Assembly (NCBI GenBank): GCA_002189035.1
Contig: NEEC01000029.1
Coordinates: forward strand, 186,001-250,000
DNA from: Utricularia gibba
Taxonomy: Eukaryota > Plantae > Magnoliophyta
DNA: 64,000 bases
Reading direction: 5' to 3'
Made by a program: the position numbers and the translations under genes. Below, one piece after another: positions 55,973 through 64,000 of this stretch (the stretch's first letter is position 1; the number at the start of each line of letters is the position of its first letter). Below the pieces are notes generated by a model that saw only the letters and a program-made list of their open reading frames with translations, had not been told where the DNA came from and made no database searches.

Positions 55973-58243
55973 ATGCACAAGAATGCTTCTAGTTTGGCGA
56001 ACTTGCTGCAGATATGCATAAACAATAAACTCCTTAAGGCAGGGAAGTTGATTCAGGCGCACATTCACCGTACAAGTCAGCTTTCCAACACTTTCCTAGT
56101 GAACCGTTTGATTCATTTGTACTTCAAATGCGGTTTCAGCGTTGGCGCACACTATCTGTTCGACCAAATGCCTACAAAAAACATATTCTCTTACCACGCA
56201 GTTTTAGATTCTTGCAGCAAGTCAAATGACGTGGCTGGTGCCTACAAGATATTCGAACAAATGCCAGAAAGGAATGAGGTATCGTGGAACTTACTAATAG
56301 GTATGTTCTCAAAAAGTGGTTTTAAAGACAAAGCCTTAGAAAGTTATTACTCCATGAGATTAGATGGTTTTATACCGACACACTTCACGTTGGCCAGTGT
56401 TCTGAGTGTTTGTGGGAGCATGGGCGATTTTGATTGCGGCAGGGAATGCCATGGGGTTGCTACAAAACTTGGGCTTGATGAAAATTTGTATGTTGGGAAT
56501 GCTGTGATGGGGTTGTATACCAAGTGTGGATACATCGAAGATGCATTTGCTATTCATGAGAGGCTACCTGAACATAACCAGATATCTTTTACTGCATTGA
56601 TGGAAGGGCTATTTGAGGCTGGTCGTGTCGATGAAGCACTGGATATGTTTAGGCTTATTCACAAGGCTGGGTCAGTAGATCGTGTTTCATTGCTAAGCGT
56701 ATTAGATGTTTGTTCATTTCTTGTAAATAGTGGCACTGAGGAGAGTTGTAGAATGCAGGGGAAACAAATACATTGTATTGTTGTTAAGCTTGGGTTTCAA
56801 AGAGATGTTCAGGTGAACAATTCATTGCTTGACATGTATGCAAAACAAGGAGATATGAACTCTGCAGAAAAGTTGTTCCTTAGTTCTCCTGGAGTCACTG
56901 TCGTTTCATGGAACATCATGATTTCAGGGTATGGCAATGTATACCAGAAAGACAAGGCGGTCGAATGCCTCAAAAAGATGCAGAGCAGTGGATTTGAGCC
57001 TGATGAGGTAACTCATGTTAATATGCTTTCAGCTTACTTGAAAAATGGCGATATTGAAGGAGGTCTTCAAGTATTCTATTGTATGTCATCACCAAGTCTA
57101 GCCTCATGGAATGCGGTACTATCGGGGTGTTTGCAGCACAACCGTGAAACTGAAGCAGTGACCCTTTTCAAAGAAATGATGCTGAGAAATATCACACCAG
57201 ATCGTACTACCTTTGCATCAGTTATCAGTGCTTATTCAAGCTTGGGGCTTTTGCAAGGGGGAAAGCAAATCCATGCTTGTTTATTGAAGACGGATTTTTG
57301 CACTGATCTGTATATATCAAGTGGGCTGATCAGTGTTTACTCAAAGTGTGCTGAAATAGAATTGGCCAAGCGTGTCTTCAACATGGTTGCTCCCAATCTT
57401 GACGTCGTTTGTTGGAATTCAATGTTAGCGGGTTTATCCATGAATTCAATGGAGATGGAAGCGTTTCTTCTCTTCCAGATGATGCTGAGGGAGGGGTTGA
57501 AGCCAACTGAGTTTTCTTGTGTCACATTACTCAATTGTGGATCTTCATTGACATCTCTGCCACTGGGGAAACAAATCCATGGATTGATGGTGAAAAATGG
57601 GCATGCAGATGATGTTTATGTAGGAACTGCACTGATCGATATGTATTGTAAATGCAGCGATGTCGAGAAAGCTAGATGGTTTTTCGACATTATGCCAGTG
57701 AAAAGCGTTGTCACCTGGAATGTGATGATACATGGCTATGCCCAAAATGGACAGGGAGAAGATGCTGTTAACCTGTTCAAGGAGATGACGTATTCAGGAC
57801 ATAAACCAGATACCATAACCTTTGTTGCAGTGTTGACAGCATGCAGTCATTCAGGATTGATAGATGCTGGATTGGAGATATTCAATTCCATGAAGGAAGA
57901 ACATGGTGTGGAGCCACTTACGGATCATTACACTTGTATAATCGACTCACTGTGTCGGTCCGGTTTGTTTACTGAGGTGGAACACATGGTTGACAAGATG
58001 CTATGCAAGGATGATCGCATCATATGGGAGGCATTGCTCAGTTCTTGTAGAGTTCATGGAAATGTGAAATTAGCAAGAAGAGCTGCGAATGAGCTCATTC
58101 TCCTCAACCACAAGGACCCTGCTCCGTACTCACTGCTAGCCAATATGTATTCATCTTTGGACAGGTGGGAAGATGTAAAAGAAGTTAGAAGCACAATGAA
58201 TGAATATAAGATCTCGAAGGAACCGGGTTATAGTTGGATCTAA
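55973..58243 (+). CDS. PLS-class pentatricopeptide repeat protein with E domain (no DYW), intronless, 756 aa
   Basis: Repeated PLS motifs (VSWNLLIG, GKQIH, VVTWNVMIHGYAQNG), HYTCIIDSLCRSG, IWEALLSSCRVHG and terminal KEPGYSWI. Confidence 0.95.
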   Translation: MHKNASSLANLLQICINNKLLKAGKLIQAHIHRTSQLSNTFLVNRLIHLYFKCGFSVGAHYLFDQMPTKNIFSYHAVLDSCSKSNDVAGAYKIFEQMPERNEVSWNLLIGMFSKSGFKDKALESYYSMRLDGFIPTHFTLASVLSVCGSMGDFDCGRECHGVATKLGLDENLYVGNAVMGLYTKCGYIEDAFAIHERLPEHNQISFTALMEGLFEAGRVDEALDMFRLIHKAGSVDRVSLLSVLDVCSFLVNSGTEESCRMQGKQIHCIVVKLGFQRDVQVNNSLLDMYAKQGDMNSAEKLFLSSPGVTVVSWNIMISGYGNVYQKDKAVECLKKMQSSGFEPDEVTHVNMLSAYLKNGDIEGGLQVFYCMSSPSLASWNAVLSGCLQHNRETEAVTLFKEMMLRNITPDRTTFASVISAYSSLGLLQGGKQIHACLLKTDFCTDLYISSGLISVYSKCAEIELAKRVFNMVAPNLDVVCWNSMLAGLSMNSMEMEAFLLFQMMLREGLKPTEFSCVTLLNCGSSLTSLPLGKQIHGLMVKNGHADDVYVGTALIDMYCKCSDVEKARWFFDIMPVKSVVTWNVMIHGYAQNGQGEDAVNLFKEMTYSGHKPDTITFVAVLTACSHSGLIDAGLEIFNSMKEEHGVEPLTDHYTCIIDSLCRSGLFTEVEHMVDKMLCKDDRIIWEALLSSCRVHGNVKLARRAANELILLNHKDPAPYSLLANMYSSLDRWEDVKEVRSTMNEYKISKEPGYSWI

Positions 58244-58366
58244 ACAACATAGTTGTACCCGTTGAGAAGGTTCTCAATGACTTCCAGCTTACATATAACA
58301 GAAACGAACACAACCGAGAACGCAAGACAAGCCTGAGTTGATATGTGCTCTGAGATTGCAATACAC

Positions 58367-59718
58367 TCACCAGGGAATTTCTTGTCCATCCCAAGCAAAG
58401 AACTTGCCACTGTCAGTAGCCTTGGCATTATTTATTACGGTCAGTAGCTTCTGAACTGAAAATTCTTTTGTGAACAATTTTCCTTCAGGGACATTGCTCT
58501 GGAAGGGCTTTGATAAATCTGTATCCACTGTTCCAGGATGCAAGAGTATACACACAATGGGATCCTTTTTCCTCATGAATTCCACGGTTACATTCTTTGT
58601 CACTGTTTGAAGATATAAAACAGAAATTTGTGAAGCAAACACTGCCTGAAGGAGAACATAGGAGCAACCGAAGTAGTATTTCTTACATTGATTGAGTGCA
58701 GTCTTTGAGGCCCGGTAAGAATGCCACCCCCAAGACCATTGTCTCCGATCGATCCGACTCGCGCACTTAAGTTTGCAACTACTGCAAAGTCTCTCTCAGT
58801 CCCATTTCCTCCTCCCAGCTTCAGCAGAGGCCACATATGCTTTTTCAGGCGAATCATGGCCACAGAGACAAAATGTGAGATTTCTCATGCTAAGTGACAC
58901 CTTCGAGCTGATTCAGCTTCAGCCCTGGTATAGTAGTTCTTACTTACATGCCATACCAGAACTGAAACCGATTGGCTTCCAAAAAGTCGAAAAATCGAAC
59001 AGCGGGGATGATACCTTGATGACCAAAATGGGGCCAACAGCATTCACCTCATAGGTAAGAAGCAAGGATTTCCTCTCAACTTTGTTCAGTGTCGTTTCTA
59101 TACTGAACAATCCACAGAAAGATGCAGTCACTAAACTGAAAAATTCTCAACTAGCATTGCAGTTGATATCTTTACCTGGCCTCAGAAGATTGGGTATCGA
59201 CAGAGTTCCAGATGCGTTTATGAGAAGATTCAGGTACTCATACTTCTCCTTCACCCATTTTGCAGTTTCCTGGAAAACTAACCATTTGCAGAATTAACCT
59301 TCTTTCCGCTGTTAAAACAGTGCAGAGTTCGTTTTTACCTCTATTGTACTATCAACTGTAAGATCCAGGCGACGAATGTCTAAGCGATCGGGAACTTATT
59401 CTTCAATTCCTGAAGCCCTATTGCCCCCTCTGGCGTACGGCACGTCGCCACAACTTGCCCTTTGTTGCTCTTCTCCAGCAATTGCTTAACCTAGCAGCAG
59501 CAGCAGCAACAGCGAATGAGACACGACCATTTGGGTATTGAATGAAGGTAGACAGACAGATCAATGGGACTCACGAATTCGAGTCCGATGCCTCTGGAGG
59601 CGCCTTGAACCAGTGAAATGCCGCCGTCCCATTTTCCAGCGGATGTAGAAAGCATTCGAACGGCCGGAAACATCCTCGTCGCCGACACTATCCGACCACC
59701 AAAATTCGCGTTCATCAT
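58367..59718 (-). CDS. C-factor/CsgA-like short-chain dehydrogenase, multi-exon, apparent frameshift at 59390-59392
   Basis: LVQGASRGIGLEF|VKQLL, EVNAVGPILVIK, VVANLSARVGSIGDN, LLHPGTVDTDLSKPFQ and DSGKFFAWDGQEIPW. Confidence 0.9.
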
Positions 59719-60987
59719 CGATCACGTTTCCGTTTCCATTTCCAAGAATTCTGGTAACTTAAACGCTGGCATAGCATCAAATATGTTCATGATCCGGAAG
59801 TAAACCACGTTTCAGTTTCCATTTCCAGGAATTTTAACACGACGTCGTTTTTACTCTCAAAAACAATAAAATTAGTGAATTTTAATCTCATCGAGACACT
59901 CAAGTTGCCGTAAGATAAAAATCAAATATATTACCCAATTTATGAATTGCTGATTTCTTTTATTATATAGACTTTAAATTAATATTAACAAAACCAATAA
60001 ACTTTATTGTTTAAATAAAAATACCAAAAAATGAATATATTCCCTCCCTAGCATGGGACCCGCACACCAAATTCAAGATTCATTGTTCACATCCATCCCC
60101 CTATGAAAAAAATCTTCCCTTGAATCTTGGTGAACTTGGGTATCACCATTTTTGTAAATCATTTACAAAATTAGTTCGTCATCACTTTTTCTCATACATT
60201 AAAACAAAAAATTAATCGTTAATTTGATCATTTTTATTACACATATATCAAAAAGTGGTAAGTTTTCTTAATGATTCATTTTTGTTGGCAATAGATAACT
60301 TAAACTAGATCTTGATTAGATTCTTTTTATCTTTGCAAATCACATAGAAAAAGCTCAACTCACTCACTATGGCACCCCCACCATTTGAAAATTTCTTTAG
60401 CAAAAGTCGCATCCTCTAGAGCATATGCATCAAAGTTGCTCTTGCACAAAGAAACAATGGGAATTTTGCAAAACTGATCAAGTGGTGTGATGGATTTGAC
60501 ACAACTGCCAGCCTCACTGTTGCCATCCCAATGGGCATGACTTGACATGGAGACTCTGTCTGTCGTCAATGAATGCATAGATCATGTAGCATGATCTCTT
60601 CATTCTTCACCAGGTACATCCATCCATACATGGCATCTACCACAATTTGTATCATTCTATGGTTGCAGTGCGTGATGATCTAGACGACATTTGTATCAGT
60701 GAGCCGTCTTGTTGTTGGCCCCCCTTTTGTCAACCGGAAACTTCTGCTTTTTCTCAGCTTTGTGTCCCATCCCACCAATATGCTGCTGCAGCAGCAGCCC
60801 ATTCCAAACCGCAATCCCCACAACTGCCCCAATGAAGAAACTGAGACCCATGGTGTGAACGAACCACCAAGTATTATACATTTTAAGACGACGACTGAAA
60901 TATGCGTACGTTGAAGGAGGTAGTAAAAGGTGTGTACATTGAAGAGGAGGCTAAACTGTACATCTGTTAACAGTTCCGACCGTGAAC

Positions 60988-62254
60988 TTAATCCGCCTTT
61001 TCCGGTGGAGGCGAATGATCCCAATCCAAACTGAAGAAGCTACTAAAAGGGGTGTTTGGTGGGCCTCCGCGGCCGTCGACGGAGAAGCCACGAGCAAACA
61101 ATGTTTCGAGGGAATCGAGAAGGATATCGTCGGCGTAGTGATTTGAGTCCGGGGGGTTGTGGATGGGCTATTGATGCCTAGTTCTTTCTTCACGGCGGCG
61201 AACCATCCATTTCCGCCGGGTTCTGAGGCTTCCTCATAGTCGGAGATCTTGTCTGGCCGGCGAAAGCGTTCCTTTGCGTCGGCCAGTGATGGTTGTGCTC
61301 CGAGGAGTAAGTGATCACCAGCATGTTTGGATCGGTCCGACTTCGCTCGACTTGCTTCCTCGCGGCGCATCCCTTTGAACTGCTGCATTTGTAGTAAGCC
61401 CTAAAGATGCTTGAAACAATCAGATGATATCGTCATTTTTGGATAATTCACTTGTTGTTGCTCACCTTGGAAAGGGAGAGCCTTTGATGGGCTTCTGTCC
61501 GTACTTCCTCCACGCCCAGAGATCCGACGGCACAACCTCGCCACCTGACCTGGCGTTCGCAGGCAGCGGCACCGGAATACAAACTACCTTCTTCGCCTGG
61601 TTTTTTCTGATAACATCAAAATACTGTAATCAGAAGTGACGCAAATTTTCCGAACTGAGACAAAAACCCTTTTCGCATCGTCACAAAAGCCGGAAAACAC
61701 GGAGAAATGTGTAAGAAGAAAGTGCTGAAGAAGTGAAATGAAAAGCTACGTCGTTTCATCATAAGCTCTGAACCCTATATCGAAAACCCAGTTCTTGAAA
61801 ACTGCATGCGATTTATATACAAACCATAACTTCAACTTCCCCACCTTCTCTTAGTCCCCGTGTTTCGCGGAGACGAGATCTGCGTATCTGGGCCGTCCAT
61901 TTTCTGCTTACTAATCGAAATCCCATCACTATGAACCAATGGACGCTTCTGTGCCGCCGGAGGATCTCCAAACGGCGGCTCCACCCCCATCGATAACCCC
62001 ACTCCCCCTTCATGGAACCCTGGTCTATAGAAACTGGAAGCCTGCAGAAACCCTGAGCCTCGCGTTTCGGTATCACTAAGAAGAGGATCTCTAAAATGGA
62101 TAAACGGGTCCCCGAACTCCTCATCCGGGTAAGCTAGAAAGTTCATCGGAAACTCCCATGACCCCGCTTCTTCCGCTCCCCAGCTTCCTCCTCCGCCGCC
62201 GCCGTTGCCAGCTCGAATGATATCGGCCAAATCCCCCTGATATTTATTCTCCAT
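60988..62254 (-). CDS. WRKY: WRKY transcription factor, group IIe (WRKY14/35-like), 3 exons; exon 3 appears to carry two 1-bp deletions
   Basis: [49 protein letters not shown]|[37 protein letters not shown]. The C-terminal boundary is inferred across frameshifts. Confidence 0.88.
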
Positions 62255-62619
62255 CCAATGACCACACACGAAGAAGAAGAAGGGAGTAACTATTCAGTAA
62301 CAGACAAAGGAAAGCAGAGCTTGAAGAACTCTAACTCATACGCAAGCCAAAGGTTCTATTTATTTAAATCATTTAAAAAATAAATTGGTCAAATTTTTTA
62401 ATTTGTCTTAACTGGACTTCCTCCCCATGTGACACCAAACCATTATCCAATCCAGTTTGTTGAAAAATATGACGATATATAATTATTTAATCACGTAATA
62501 AATGATGTAATGACCACATCAACCACTCGTCGATTACTACGTCTCACCATTTTTTCCATTTAATTAACCTAATCTAAAGAATTATCAACGCCATTAGTTT
62601 AATCCTAAAGTAATATTTT

Positions 62620-62912
62620 GAAAGCATTCGAACGGCCTGGAACATCATCCTAGCCGACACTATCCGACCACAAAAATTCGGGTTCATCGTCGATCACGTT
62701 TCCGGGTAAGGATGGTGCCGGCGAGCAGAGGCCGTGACGTGAGGCATTTCGAGGTAACGGTAGTGGGCCGTTGCACTTCAATGGGCCCCAACAAAATTGA
62801 ACGTGGGTTGGGCCTTTAAAATATTACACATGCTCAAAGTGTGGCGGCCACCATCCTTCCCTCACTTTTTCATCAAACGAAAACCGAAAGGTAGGGCCAG
62901 AGATTACCATCA
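62620..62912 (+). promoter_or_regulatory. Mosaic promoter of OMA1-like copy 2: SDR 5' fragment, primase-homolog 5' fragment and site II module
   Basis: 62620-62704 matches 59648-59732; 62705-62760 matches 55809-55865; the rest matches 51859-52011. Confidence 0.75.
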
Positions 62913-64000
62913 ATGGCTTCTTGTTACATGAAAGGTTCAAGATTGATTTTTTATGGTGCATTCCCTCGAGACTCTGCCAACATCGTACCCACAAACCTAT
63001 TTTTCTATCCCCGTCGTCGGCCGTCGAACCCCTTGTCCAGTTCTTCAAATGTGCTCCCAATTGGGCGACAGATTTTCAGGGACACTAGGATGCTGGCTGC
63101 GAAAAGCCTATGGAAGAGCCATGATGCTGGTGGGTGGAAGAGATTTTTCGACGGCCGCCAGACACAACTTAAGCACTTCGATAAGCCCAACGGATGGTTT
63201 CCCATTGTTAGGAATACTTTGATTGTAGTTGCCATGTTTGTCGCAGTCTCATGCGTGATCATATGCCGTGGGATTGTAGTGATTACCCCTTATACGAATA
63301 GAACCCAGTGCGGGCTTTTACCTCGTAGTTTCCTCAGGACGGTCGCGGACGTTGCGGTTGAGTGGATAAAATATGAATACGGAGACCGAGTTTTGTCTCC
63401 TCTTCATCCAGATAGTGTGAGGGTTGGGGCCATAGCACAGCGCATAATTGATGAATTGCCCAGGGCGAGAAAGGTGCCCGTTTTGAGCTACTTAAGAAAG
63501 GCGTTGGGGAGAGATACCAAGGATGATACTCTAGACGCATCAATGAGTAAGAGTACTGTGGTTGGTGACCGAAAAAATAAGTATTTGGAAGGGGTGGCTT
63601 GGGAAGTTATTTTGGTTGATGATCCTTCTGATGAGGCTTATTGTTTACCCAATGGTAAGATATTTATGTATACCGGTATGCTTGAGTTTTGTCGGACAGA
63701 TGCTGAAGTTGCAGCTGTTCTTGCACACGAGGTAAAAAAGCAAACAAACACATTGGCTCTCTAGTGATATAATTACATGTTGGATTATGGGACATTTTTT
63801 ATGTGCAGGTCGCGCATGTCTTCGCTGGCCACTCTGGCGAGAAGATATTGTTGTGGTTGATTATACGATGCTTTCTTGTAAATGAACTTGCTATCGAAGT
63901 GGCTAATGTGTTGTTATTTCTTCCGCTTTCTCGAAGGTTGGTGATTTTATTACTTGTTTGGTGGTTTGCTTGCAGTGGATTTGATTCCATGGTGTTTGGC
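62913..64000 (+). CDS. OMA1-like: OMA1-like M48 metalloprotease, divergent paralog 2 (exons 1-2 visible, truncated by the window end)
   Basis: Exon 1 62913-63731 ends VLAHE; exon 2 from 63809 begins VAHVFAGH. Same intron positions as copy 1. Confidence 0.88.

Noticed and set aside
59722-59836. About 27-bp direct repeat (cacgtttc.gtttccatttcca.gaatt) upstream of the SDR gene
   Set aside because: A small local duplication with no evidence of function.
60360-60960. Short ORFs and an 8-bp inverted repeat (AGATCATG/CATGATCT) resembling part of miR167
   Set aside because: No full mature miRNA match or long foldback; consistent with WRKY 3' flanking sequence.

Overview
Gene-dense eudicot nuclear DNA with 22 intact or near-intact protein-coding genes in 64 kb and short GT-AG introns. 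The compactness suggests a small genome, possibly Lamiales (inference). Gene order: TOM1-like (-), CHX antiporter (-), RPL18a (-), GA2ox (+), NCED (+), NAA38/LSm-like (-), F-box (+), TCP2-like (-), CIPK23-like (+), remorin (+), PINOID-like (-), organellar RPL20 (+), single-pass membrane protein (-), beta-tubulin (-), BBE-like oxidase (+), FAH (-), TWINKLE (-), OMA1-like copy 1 (+), primase homolog (-), PLS-E PPR (+), C-factor-like SDR (-), WRKY group IIe (-), OMA1-like copy 2 (+, runs off the window end). Most of this order matches a conserved eudicot block as I recall it from Arabidopsis chr1/chr2/chr4; I have not checked this. The main anomaly is 50.9-64 kb. Two divergent, intron-containing OMA1-like (M48) paralogs and a third chimeric stub sit among organelle-type genes. 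Each lies behind a copied promoter module; in the two full copies it also carries pieces of neighbouring genes. Hand comparison of the two paralogs gave 22 replacement versus 2 synonymous codon differences in 84 codons, while intron 1 is nearly identical. This resembles the Oma1-like restorer-of-fertility cluster of sugar beet. Several conserved genes carry 1-bp deletions in G/C runs, best explained as assembly errors. I recognised no tRNA, rRNA, snRNA, CRISPR array or intact transposon. Exon boundaries were inferred by eye.
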